DNA from: Promethearchaeia archaeon
GTDB lineage: Archaea; Asgardarchaeota; Lokiarchaeia; Sigyniarchaeales; SOKP01
Assembly: GCA_029856125.1 (NCBI GenBank)
Contig: JAHQWJ010000148.1
Location: 8,588 to 72,587 of the forward strand
DNA: 64,000 nt
Direction of reading: 5' to 3'
A program made the position numbers and the translations under genes. The notes below the pieces were generated by a model. It was not told where the DNA came from. It saw only the letters and a list, made by a program, of their open reading frames with translations, and made no database searches. Positions 37,495 through 46,169 of the stretch are shown here, in pieces. Position 1 is the first letter of the stretch; each line of letters opens with the position of its first letter.

Positions 37495-38544
37495 ATGGAA
37501 TTAGAAGATGAAAGATTTTCGGAAGACGAAAACCTATGGGAAGACCATAAGATTCCATTGACTTATGATCAAGAGAGTATGACAGAATGGTTTAATGAAA
37601 AAAGAGGGGGGATTAAAGGAAGAGCAGATGTCTTCTATCTTATGTTTGGTATAACATATAACTGTCAGCTCAAATGTCCACATTGTTGTGTGGGTAATTA
37701 TAAAAATGAACCGCGTCGGGAACTTTCAACGGATGAAATTAAGGACATATTAGATCAATCTGCTAAAGCTTTTGTGGTCAACTTCTTTGGAGGTGAACCA
37801 ACCATGAGAGCAGACATAATGGAATTAATAAAATACGCTTCAGAAAGAGCTGTATACGTATTTTGTGATACAAATGGATTAAAAATCACGAAGGATTTTG
37901 CAAGACAATTAAAGGATAGCGGTTTAGAAATGCTTTATGTTAGCATCGATAGTCCAATTCCAGAAAAACACGATCAATTGCGCGGAATGAAAGGAACATA
38001 TAATAAAGCCGTTCAGGGTATAAAAAATGCGCTTGAAGTGAGACTAAAATGTTGTCTTTCAACTTATGTAACCAAAGAAAATCTAGCTAACGGTGAATTT
38101 GAAGATGTAATCAAATTTGCAAGAGAGTTAGGGGCAAATGGAGTGAGATATTTATTACCTACCCCAGCGGGTAGATGGTTATATAATCCTGAGGTAAAAT
38201 TAACGCCTCAAGAAGAGAGAAAGGTTAGAAAAATTGCGACATTTCCATATGTATGTAGAGATTTTTATTTTCAAACTCAAAGTTCAAATCAATGCAGGGG
38301 AATAGCAGATAACGTGTATTTTTATATTTCGCCTTATGGAGATGTCCAGCCTTGCTGCTTCATGCCACTTACTTTCGGAAATGTTAGGGAAGAACCTCTG
38401 AAAACAATTTTAGAAAGAATGTGGGGGCACCCAATGATGTGCGAAAGTTGGACAAAAAAAGAATGCCCGATGTTACATGAAGAATTCAGGAGCAAATATA
38501 TAGAAACTATTCCTCCTAAAGCTAAACTACCATTTAAAATGTAA
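37495..38544 (+). CDS. Radical SAM protein with C-terminal SPASM/twitch-like Cys-rich domain
   Basis: 349 aa with 'CQLKCPHCC' (CxxxCxxC), 'NFFGGEPT', and C-terminal Cys residues 'QCRG......YGDVQPCCFMP'. Confidence 0.75.
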   Translation: MELEDERFSEDENLWEDHKIPLTYDQESMTEWFNEKRGGIKGRADVFYLMFGITYNCQLKCPHCCVGNYKNEPRRELSTDEIKDILDQSAKAFVVNFFGGEPTMRADIMELIKYASERAVYVFCDTNGLKITKDFARQLKDSGLEMLYVSIDSPIPEKHDQLRGMKGTYNKAVQGIKNALEVRLKCCLSTYVTKENLANGEFEDVIKFARELGANGVRYLLPTPAGRWLYNPEVKLTPQEERKVRKIATFPYVCRDFYFQTQSSNQCRGIADNVYFYISPYGDVQPCCFMPLTFGNVREEPLKTILERMWGHPMMCESWTKKECPMLHEEFRSKYIETIPPKAKLPFKM

Positions 38545-38560
38545 AGATTATTATATATTA

Positions 38561-38677
38561 TCAAATTTATCTGAGGCTTTGGTACACTACAATTTCGATT
38601 TCCAGGTATTGGATTTGATGGAAATTTTGGATCAGATTGAAATTATTTTCCATTTAGGGAATAATCATTCAGATTAA
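38561..38677 (+). pseudogene. Remnant of the 3' end of a GlcF/HdrD-like CCG gene
   Basis: Hand translation 'SNLSEALVHYNFDFQVLDLMEILDQIEIIFH..' matches the C-terminus of 36181-37359 ('TNLSDANDNYNFDFEVLDLMEIIDQLDIEIEK'). No upstream ORF body is present. Confidence 0.7.
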
Positions 38678-38781
38678 GCCTTACAATTAGTTTCTATGTA
38701 ATAATTGCAAATACATTTAAATTGAGTGAAATTCTAATGTACCCTAACACTTGATATAACAACATTTAGAGTGAGAAAAGG

Positions 38782-39282
38782 ATGAAGTATAAAAGAAATC
38801 AATATTCTGAAGGAGTAAGCGTTTGCTCCTTCATTATAGCAGGTATTTTAATTTATATGGGAACTAACGATATATTTGTACCCCTTTGGGCAGGTACGGA
38901 TATAAATTGGTGGGGGCTTGTCTGGATTGGCATTGCAGCAGCAATAATAATAGGACAGATCGCAGCGTTGGCTAACAAAAGTAAGTTAAGAAACGCAGTT
39001 TTATACGAATACGAGGAACATCCGGAAGCAACCATCGATCAAATTAGTCAAAACACGGGAATTACGATAAGAGACGTACAAGCCATAGTATTAGACCTAA
39101 AAGCAAATGGCTTATTACGAGGTAAATTCTCTTCTACTACAGGACAAATGACGCATGCAGATATTATAAAAAAACCCCAAGAAGAAGTTTCAGAAGGAAA
39201 AGTAGTTTATTGTCCTAATTGTGGAACCGCCAAAGTTAAAGAATCGGCTATTTTTTGCTCGTATTGCGGAACTAAATTATAA
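38782..39282 (+). CDS. Membrane protein with wHTH-like middle region and C-terminal zinc ribbon
   Basis: 166 aa with two hydrophobic helices, 'IDQISQNTGITIRDVQAIVLDLKANGLL' and 'CPNCGT....CSYCGTKL'. Confidence 0.5.
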   Translation: MKYKRNQYSEGVSVCSFIIAGILIYMGTNDIFVPLWAGTDINWWGLVWIGIAAAIIIGQIAALANKSKLRNAVLYEYEEHPEATIDQISQNTGITIRDVQAIVLDLKANGLLRGKFSSTTGQMTHADIIKKPQEEVSEGKVVYCPNCGTAKVKESAIFCSYCGTKL

Positions 39283-39331
39283 TATTTTAGTACGATAATG
39301 TGCTGTATGTATGTACGCTACTAAACAGCCA

Positions 39332-39341
39332 TTTTTTTTTT
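39332..39341 (+). terminator. Oligo-T tract (10 T), candidate terminator
   Basis: Located about 50 nt after the stop at 39282. Confidence 0.3.
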
Positions 39342-39415
39342 CATCGATAGAGTTAATTATTAAATATTTCACGAATAGTAAATATCATATTAACTAAAAT
39401 TTAAAGTGATAAATA

Positions 39416-40897
39416 ATGGCAATAATTGAAACAAAATCCGGTAAAGTTCAAGGTTACATCGAAAATGATGTAGAAGTATATAAGGGCATTCCTTATGCTG
39501 AACCTCCTATTGACGATTTACGTTTTAGCCCCCCAGTTATGAAAAAGCCTTGGGATGGTGTGCTTGAAGCTAAAGAGTATAGTCCTTTTGCATTTCAAGG
39601 CTACTCGATGCTTGAAGATTATTTTGGCAAAAATGAGCCTGAAAGCGAAGATTGCTTGTACCTAAATATTTGGACTCCAGTAGCAGACAATGAGAAGCGC
39701 CCAGTGATGTTCTGGATTCACGGGGGAGCTTTTATAACCGGAGGCGGAGGAGTTCCGATCTATGATGGGTCAGTCTTAGCCAAACGTGGTGATGTAGTGG
39801 TGGTTACCATTAACTACCGATTAGGAGCTTTTGGATATTCCTACATTCCAGGAGTTACTGCCAATGTTGGGCAATTGGATCAAATAATGGCTCTTGAATG
39901 GGTTCGAGATAATATTGAAAAGTTTGGTGGTGATCCAGAAAACGTGACTATTTTCGGTGAATCTGCAGGAGGTTATGCGGTTCTCACTTTATCTGCTATG
40001 TCCGCTGCTAAAGGTCTTTTCCATCGTGTGATTGCCCAAAGCGCTCCGTTTATTAATCCAAAAGTAACTGAGAAACATACTAAAGGTTTGATGAAAATGT
40101 TGAACCTTAAGAAGGGGGATATAGACGCCTTTCGAAAAACTCCTCCGGAAGATATTATTGATGTCCAAAATAAATACCTTGAAAAAATAAACTCAGCAAT
40201 GGAATTCAGGCCTTTAATCGATGGTGTCTCTCTTCCAATACACCCATTAAAAGTATTTCAAAATGGCGATTGCTTAAATATAGATTTTATGATAGGGAGT
40301 AATTTAGACGAAGCTAAAATGTTTACTTCAATGGGAGGGGAAGTATTTGCTAATCCTGAAAAAGCAATATTAATGTTTTTAGGTATGTTTGGAATTGATG
40401 CAACTAATAGTGCCAAAATGTACGAAACTTATAAAAAGGCAAGGGAGGGTAATCTTTCTACTGATCCAAAAGACATTGCAGATGCGATTATAACAGATTT
40501 CATGTTTCGCATTCCTACAATACGTTTCCTCGAAGCTCAATTTAAACACCAAAAAAATACCTATAATTATTTGTTCACGTGGGAATCTCCAGGATTTGAT
40601 GGACAATTAGGATCTTGTCATGCCCTTGAACTTGCATTTGTTTTTGACACTCTGAACATTCCTGGAATGGAAAATTTTACGGGTCAAGGTCCAGAAGCAG
40701 AATTGTTAAGCCAAAAAATAATGGATGCTTGGATAGCTTTTGCTCGTACAGGAAATCCCAATCATGAAGGATTACCGGAATGGCAATCTTATGATACTGA
40801 AAAAAGAGCGACAATGTGTTTAGGAAAAGACTGTAAACAAGTTACTGCTGCTTACGATAAAGAAAGAGAAGCCTGGGATGGGTTCTTAGAAGTTTAA
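39416..40897 (+). CDS. Type-B carboxylesterase (para-nitrobenzyl esterase-like)
   Basis: 493 aa with 'GIPYAEPP', 'EDCLYLNIW', 'HGGAF' and the nucleophile elbow 'FGESAGG'. Confidence 0.85.
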   Translation: MAIIETKSGKVQGYIENDVEVYKGIPYAEPPIDDLRFSPPVMKKPWDGVLEAKEYSPFAFQGYSMLEDYFGKNEPESEDCLYLNIWTPVADNEKRPVMFWIHGGAFITGGGGVPIYDGSVLAKRGDVVVVTINYRLGAFGYSYIPGVTANVGQLDQIMALEWVRDNIEKFGGDPENVTIFGESAGGYAVLTLSAMSAAKGLFHRVIAQSAPFINPKVTEKHTKGLMKMLNLKKGDIDAFRKTPPEDIIDVQNKYLEKINSAMEFRPLIDGVSLPIHPLKVFQNGDCLNIDFMIGSNLDEAKMFTSMGGEVFANPEKAILMFLGMFGIDATNSAKMYETYKKAREGNLSTDPKDIADAIITDFMFRIPTIRFLEAQFKHQKNTYNYLFTWESPGFDGQLGSCHALELAFVFDTLNIPGMENFTGQGPEAELLSQKIMDAWIAFARTGNPNHEGLPEWQSYDTEKRATMCLGKDCKQVTAAYDKEREAWDGFLEV

Positions 40898-40990
40898 CCA
40901 ATTACAATCTGATTTTATTTTTTTATTTATCTTTGTTATTTTCTGAGAAGATTTTATCAGATAATCATAAAAAATTAGTTCAATCACTCA

Positions 40991-41209
40991 TTACCAGGCA
41001 AAATGTTTTAGTATCGCATTAGTGGGGCACGCGTCTTGGCAAGCTAAGCATTCGATGCAATCAATAATATCTTCGGCAACAACTTTACCGTTTACAAGAC
41101 TGTAGACCTCTGCCGGGCAACCACTGACACAATTCGATGCTCCTACGCAGCGATCTAAATCTACTTCTACCCAATTGTCGCCATCTTCCCATCTTTTTAC
41201 ATTTACCAT
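40991..41209 (-). CDS. 2x[4Fe-4S]-type ferredoxin
   Basis: 72 aa with 'CVGASNCVSGCP' and 'CIECLACQDACP'. Confidence 0.75.
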   Translation of the reverse strand: MVNVKRWEDGDNWVEVDLDRCVGASNCVSGCPAEVYSLVNGKVVAEDIIDCIECLACQDACPTNAILKHFAW

Positions 41210-41281
41210 ATTATTTTCTATTTTGGTAATAAATTATTTAAAATTAATTAAAAAAAAAGTAAAAAATAAGATTTATTTCTC

Positions 41282-42382
41282 TTAAGCACTTTGAGCATTA
41301 GCATTGACACTGCCAGTAGATGTTTTTAATGAAAACACATATCTATACATCGCATCTCCGTAGTTTAAAGTCGAGTAAACGCTTCCTAAACTTGTGATCT
41401 CCATAGTTGCGTGAGGTGTGTAATTAAGTGATCCTAGACTAGTTGAACCAACAAATTTAACATTGGTGTTAATTAAATTATCTCTATAAAGCACATCAAC
41501 GCTTCCTGTGGAAGTTTCCCAACTACCGGTTACATTTGCATCCATAGAGATATACTGATAAATTTCCGCATCGATACTACCTGTAGACGTTTTTAGATTT
41601 AAACTAATGTCTTTTGTGTATACCATATTATAACACTTGAAGGTCACACTGCCTGTGGAAACTGTTCCTATTAAATCATCCCCCATTAAACAGTTTGTAT
41701 AGTTTAACGATAACGATCCCGTTGATGTTAGAGCTCGAAAACCGCTGGTAAAATTAGTGTTAGCGGCAAAAGATTCTACGCTACCCGTGCTACTCGCGAG
41801 TCTAACTTTTCCTTGGAACTCGTTGTTTCCTAATGTTGTTAATTTGATTGAGCCCGTGCTTGAAGTTAATGAAGTTCCATTTAGAATGACATCATCAGAA
41901 ACCAGCATTTCAATAGATCCTACAGAAATTAAGGCGGTGAGATCGTATACTACATCTGTTCGTAAAGTAACAGCGACAGTAATGTTATATGATTTAAACC
42001 AATGCGATGGATTGAACCAGGCATCTGGTAGAGCTTGGAGATTAAAGATACCAGTCGTATTATCCCACCATTGTGTACTTGGATGAAAGAAATCCGTGTA
42101 TGTCTTTCCTTCCATATACAAGCCTGCAACTTCTATGTTTACATCGATTTTAGCGTAAGACGTAGTTGGAGTAGTATTATATGTAAAGAGAATTTTTCCG
42201 ATGTCTACATTGAAGGTAAGTTCTTCTATCGGATCGGGAGAACTTGGCTCGTACGAAAAATTAAACGAGTTTTCGATACTCCCTGAAGTTGCGAAACCGT
42301 AGATAACGAATCCTGCACCGCCACCTACAATTAGAGCAACTGCAATAATTAGAGCAATTTTATAATTTCTCATTTTTTTCAC
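41282..42382 (-). CDS. N-terminally anchored DUF4097-like ('toast-rack' beta-structure) repeat protein
   Basis: 366 aa with an N-terminal TM helix and about 9 '[ST]STGS[IVL]' repeats at about 20-aa spacing. Confidence 0.55.
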   Translation of the reverse strand: MKKMRNYKIALIIAVALIVGGGAGFVIYGFATSGSIENSFNFSYEPSSPDPIEELTFNVDIGKILFTYNTTPTTSYAKIDVNIEVAGLYMEGKTYTDFFHPSTQWWDNTTGIFNLQALPDAWFNPSHWFKSYNITVAVTLRTDVVYDLTALISVGSIEMLVSDDVILNGTSLTSSTGSIKLTTLGNNEFQGKVRLASSTGSVESFAANTNFTSGFRALTSTGSLSLNYTNCLMGDDLIGTVSTGSVTFKCYNMVYTKDISLNLKTSTGSIDAEIYQYISMDANVTGSWETSTGSVDVLYRDNLINTNVKFVGSTSLGSLNYTPHATMEITSLGSVYSTLNYGDAMYRYVFSLKTSTGSVNANAQSA

Positions 42383-42561
42383 AATAATTTTATTTGTTTT
42401 TTTTTAAATTACTTAATAGTGAAAGATTTTGGATTATATTTAAATGAAATTTAGACTGATTTTTATAAAGATCTCTGATGATATAAACTTTAATGCAAAA
42501 ATTGCCCCTTAAATAGCATTTTATGATAATTATTCATAAAAGCTTGTTAAAAAAAATGAAT

Positions 42562-43092
42562 TTAGAGATTTTTAATTAAAGAAGTAGCAAAATTCTTAGC
42601 ATTTTCGAGATCTATTTCATTAGGACGGCCTTTCATTTTCTCCATATCTTTTATCGCTTTCTCTTTTTGATCTTCCGGCAATTTTTCTAACATCCCTAAC
42701 TGAGTCTCTAAAGGAATGCCTAAATTCTCTCCAACGCAATCGAATTTTCCAATAATTTCACAATTATGTTCTTTAGCGATATTATTGATCCGCTTAAATG
42801 GTTCTTGATATAGTTTTAAACTTGCATGAGTACAAAAATAAGCGAGTTTCGCAGGGAGATCAGGAACAGCTTTTTTTACCAGAGTTAATACTGATTTATC
42901 AATTCGACTGGCATAAACTCCTGAGCCTAAAAACACAATATCGTATGAGTTCAATGTTTTAGGTTCAACATCTTTAACAGGAATCATGTCCACATCGTGG
43001 TCTGTTAAGCCGTCTTTCAAGCTATTTGCTACTTTTTCGGTATTTCCCGTATTTGAAAAAAAAGTAATTAAAATCTTCAATTTATACATCAA
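42562..43092 (-). CDS. Flavodoxin-like protein
   Basis: 176 aa with N-terminal 'ILITFFSNTGNTEKVA' and 'FLGSGVY'. Confidence 0.6.
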   Translation of the reverse strand: MMYKLKILITFFSNTGNTEKVANSLKDGLTDHDVDMIPVKDVEPKTLNSYDIVFLGSGVYASRIDKSVLTLVKKAVPDLPAKLAYFCTHASLKLYQEPFKRINNIAKEHNCEIIGKFDCVGENLGIPLETQLGMLEKLPEDQKEKAIKDMEKMKGRPNEIDLENAKNFATSLIKNL

Positions 43093-43185
43093 CTCTTTAT
43101 AGTAGAATAAAAATAAGAAATTTTTATGATTTTAAGATTTATGTAAAAAAAGCAATCTATAAACTGCTCATCAGATTAGAGACAA

Positions 43186-44094
43186 TTAACTTTCTACTTC
43201 TATTTTGAAGAAGTTTATAGCATTTTCAACAGTTATTCTACTTACTTCTTGTTGAGAGGTATTGTGAGAATAAGCAATTGCCGCTATAGAATATTTTACA
43301 TTTAAGGGCACATTTACGGGGCCTCTTAGATAAGGATGCTGGTAGTAACTATCTGTTTCTGTAACTAAAGCAGATAATGGAGATTGTTTTGTCACTCTAC
43401 GCCATTTGTTAATCCCATAAGCTGAACTTGGAACTGATAAAGTGTATCCTTGTTTGGGCAAACTTATTCCATACTCGTCTGGACCGGAGAAACAATGCCA
43501 CATAACGCGTTTAGGACTTATATTAAAGTCTTTAATTATATTAAGAATTTCTTTTGTTGCGCCATCCTTTTTATTATATCGATGCTGAGGGTGGTCTCGA
43601 TCAAATTCGTGCTCAGCTGCATTTCTAACATGTAGAACATAGGGTTTATTAATCTCCTCTGTTAATTCGAATATTTTTTTTAGTTCTGTAACCTGTTTTT
43701 CTCGTTTTTCAAGAGTTTTTGCGTGATGAAAATCCAAACCAATTTCTCCAATAGCCAGTAAGTTTTCCTTATATTTTTGAACATTTTCAACCCAATCTTT
43801 CCAATCTCTATTGTATTGGAGTTTAGCAGTGTAGGTGACAGTTTGAGGCGCCCAACCAATTGTAAAACCAATTTTCTCCTTTCCTTTAATAAAATTTAGG
43901 ATTAATTCAAGAGTACTATTATTGATCGAGCTGGTTACTAAGTACACGCCTCCATTATTCAAGAAGTCTCGATATTGCTGCTCATCAGAAGGTAATCTAT
44001 CGTTTTTTTTAGGTCGAGGGAATGGTAGGTGACAATGAACATCGATAATTTTCAGATTTTCTTCTGGTTCTGGGATATTGATTTTCTTGGTCAT
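43186..44094 (-). CDS. tatD: TatD-family metal-dependent hydrolase
   Basis: 'IDVHCHL', 'GEIGLDFHH', 'VLHVRNA', 'HCFSG' and 'ETDSYY'. Confidence 0.8.
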   Translation of the reverse strand: MTKKINIPEPEENLKIIDVHCHLPFPRPKKNDRLPSDEQQYRDFLNNGGVYLVTSSINNSTLELILNFIKGKEKIGFTIGWAPQTVTYTAKLQYNRDWKDWVENVQKYKENLLAIGEIGLDFHHAKTLEKREKQVTELKKIFELTEEINKPYVLHVRNAAEHEFDRDHPQHRYNKKDGATKEILNIIKDFNISPKRVMWHCFSGPDEYGISLPKQGYTLSVPSSAYGINKWRRVTKQSPLSALVTETDSYYQHPYLRGPVNVPLNVKYSIAAIAYSHNTSQQEVSRITVENAINFFKIEVES

Positions 44095-44223
44095 AGGGTC
44101 ACAAAACTATAATATGGAATTTATTTTATGATGAAGTTGTTCTAATAATTTAATCTTTGTTCAAATATCAAATTAAGGGGGGTAATAAAATTTTTAATCA
44201 ATCAACTTTATTTAGATGATATA

Positions 44224-44637
44224 ATGACCGAACAATTAGAATCGAAACTAAAAGAGTTAGAAATTAAAAAACTGGAGTTACAACCTAAAATTGATGAGAT
44301 TGAAGCGAGAAAAGCTGAGGAAATCCAAGAATTAAACAAAAAATACGATCACATGATCCAGGACGCTAATAGTGAAGTTGACGATTTTGAACAGAAAATT
44401 ATGAACGAAATTATTGATTTATTTTCGAAAGCCGTGATGGATGAGTTTGACGCCAAAAGAAGCACAAGTGAATATACAGTTACAGAAAATTTTAAAGATT
44501 TTAGGGAGGGCGTTTCGAAAATTGATCTTTTTCCAAGAGATTTAATAGAGAGATTAGATAAGGTCATCGAAGGCGGCCTTATAGAAAATGTGGCCTACGA
44601 TTTAGAAAAAATCGAAGCAAGCTATAAGAGAAATTAG
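44224..44637 (+). CDS. Hypothetical coiled-coil protein
   Basis: 137-aa ORF, E/K-rich, with no recognised motif. Confidence 0.4.
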   Translation: MTEQLESKLKELEIKKLELQPKIDEIEARKAEEIQELNKKYDHMIQDANSEVDDFEQKIMNEIIDLFSKAVMDEFDAKRSTSEYTVTENFKDFREGVSKIDLFPRDLIERLDKVIEGGLIENVAYDLEKIEASYKRN

Positions 44638-44951
44638 AAAAGAAATTTAATTTCATCTTTTTCTTTATCCATAATTACAACCAATTCTTAGTGTCATTCT
44701 TGGTATTATGTGGATATTAGTGGGTTAAATATGTTCTAGTGAGGCTAGACTTTTCAATATTAAGAAATAATGAGTATATAGGTAAAATGGAAATATTTGA
44801 AGAGGAAGTCGAGATTTATAACGCAAAAATGCGATTATTGACGTGGTTATACGACGAAATCAAAATCCAATCGGGTTTATCTAAAGATTTACTCAATGAA
44901 AAAGGTCAAAAACTACCAATAAATCAATAATTCAATCGATTACTTATTGTG

Positions 44952-45515
44952 TTAACAGATATTCAATATTTCTTCAATAATTTTCTTAATATAAGATATG
45001 CAATCCTCTAATTTACCTTTTCTTGGAATATGAATAAAAATCACAGGGTAATTATTTTTTGAAATATCTAAAGCCCAATGGTATATATAATTACATAAAT
45101 AGAATCCAGGAAAATAAGAAATAGAGAGCCTTAAGCTATCTTTGAGAGCTTTATAAATTTCTTTTATATTTAAAATTGTATTAAATTTTATTGATTTTTT
45201 TATATTAATAAAACCCATTTTATAAAATCCATCCACATCTTTACCAAAAGCCAAATTTAATGAAAATTTTTCTAAATAAATTCTTTTTTTTGAATGGATT
45301 CCCATAAGTATAACTAAATACGGTTTTACTTTAGTTGACTTTAAGAATTCTAGGTATGACTTGACGCACCTTTTCCAACTAACAGGTAAAATGATTTTTT
45401 CAATAGAATACTGTTGAAAGTTATCATCAAAGTATCTAACAATATCACCACTAAGATTTGAAGAAAGTTTCCCAAATTTCTCAAAACCAGTTAAAAGTAT
45501 CGTATTTTTTATCAT
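44952..45515 (-). CDS. pcp: Pyroglutamyl peptidase I (peptidase C15) family protein
   Basis: 'ILLTGFEKFG', 'YLEKFSLN', 'GFYLCNYIY' and 'IFIHIP' match the Glu-Cys-His contexts. Confidence 0.6.
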   Translation of the reverse strand: MIKNTILLTGFEKFGKLSSNLSGDIVRYFDDNFQQYSIEKIILPVSWKRCVKSYLEFLKSTKVKPYLVILMGIHSKKRIYLEKFSLNLAFGKDVDGFYKMGFINIKKSIKFNTILNIKEIYKALKDSLRLSISYFPGFYLCNYIYHWALDISKNNYPVIFIHIPRKGKLEDCISYIKKIIEEILNIC

Positions 45516-45592
45516 TTACCCATGAAGTGTAAAAATTCATTAAAAGTAGAAAATCTATTAGTAAAAAATAAAAGGATAATAAAAATACACAT

Positions 45593-46012
45593 TTATTCTA
45601 CGGTTTTGCTTTTTAGTTCATCTGCTTCCAATTTGTCCAATTTTTTCCTCAAAGCTTTAATGTCTGTCTCGTAAGATTTTATTTTTGTCTTTTTCTCTTT
45701 GAGGATATTGTCCAGTTTCTTATTTAAAGCTTTAGTCTTTCCCTTAACTAAATTATCGTATTTCTTTTTTAATGAAGATACTTCCACAGTTAATTTATTC
45801 ATTTTTTTTGTCCATTCTTTAGATTTTTCTGTGGCTTCTTTTAAATCTACTTCACCCACTTCAAGTTTAGATTTGGTATCGTTAATCTTATCATCAAAAT
45901 CAGCTTCAATTTCTTTCTCAGCAGAAGCCTCCTTTTTAGAGGCGTCCTCTTCAACCCTCGTAATCTCGTCTTCCTTTTCTGAGATTTGCGTCCTAATTTC
46001 TTGTTCTGACAT
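45593..46012 (-). CDS. Hypothetical Lys/Glu-rich coiled-coil protein
   Basis: 139-aa ORF with heptad-like K/E pattern. Confidence 0.4.
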   Translation of the reverse strand: MSEQEIRTQISEKEDEITRVEEDASKKEASAEKEIEADFDDKINDTKSKLEVGEVDLKEATEKSKEWTKKMNKLTVEVSSLKKKYDNLVKGKTKALNKKLDNILKEKKTKIKSYETDIKALRKKLDKLEADELKSKTVE

Positions 46013-46169
46013 ATTATTTTCTCTTAATTATAATAGTTTTGCATTATGTTTTGTTATATTTGATTCCTTAAAAATTAATAAGATTGAGTTACAAATCGAT
46101 CTTATTACTCAAAATGAAAAAAAGATAGTAATTATTTTCGTGTAGAGCGCATTGAAATAAATATAAAAG

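Noticed and set aside
37495-38544. This radical SAM gene as the missing activase of the glycyl radical enzyme
   Set aside because: It is about 19 kb away. It has a long N-terminal extension and a SPASM/twitch-like C-terminal Cys domain rather than the compact PflA architecture, and it sits in a different gene cluster.
44739-44930. 63-aa ORF in the 44638-44951 spacer
   Set aside because: It uses a non-ATG start in the track, has no motif and no clear ribosome-binding site. It might be a real small protein starting at the internal 'MEIFEEEV', but I cannot support it.
45699-46145. 148-aa plus-strand ORF
   Set aside because: It is antisense to the Lys/Glu-rich coiled-coil gene 45593-46012. Its Ser/Phe/Leu-rich translation is the mirror of AAG/GAA-rich codons. 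The sense ORF has the better start context, although neither ORF has a recognised motif.
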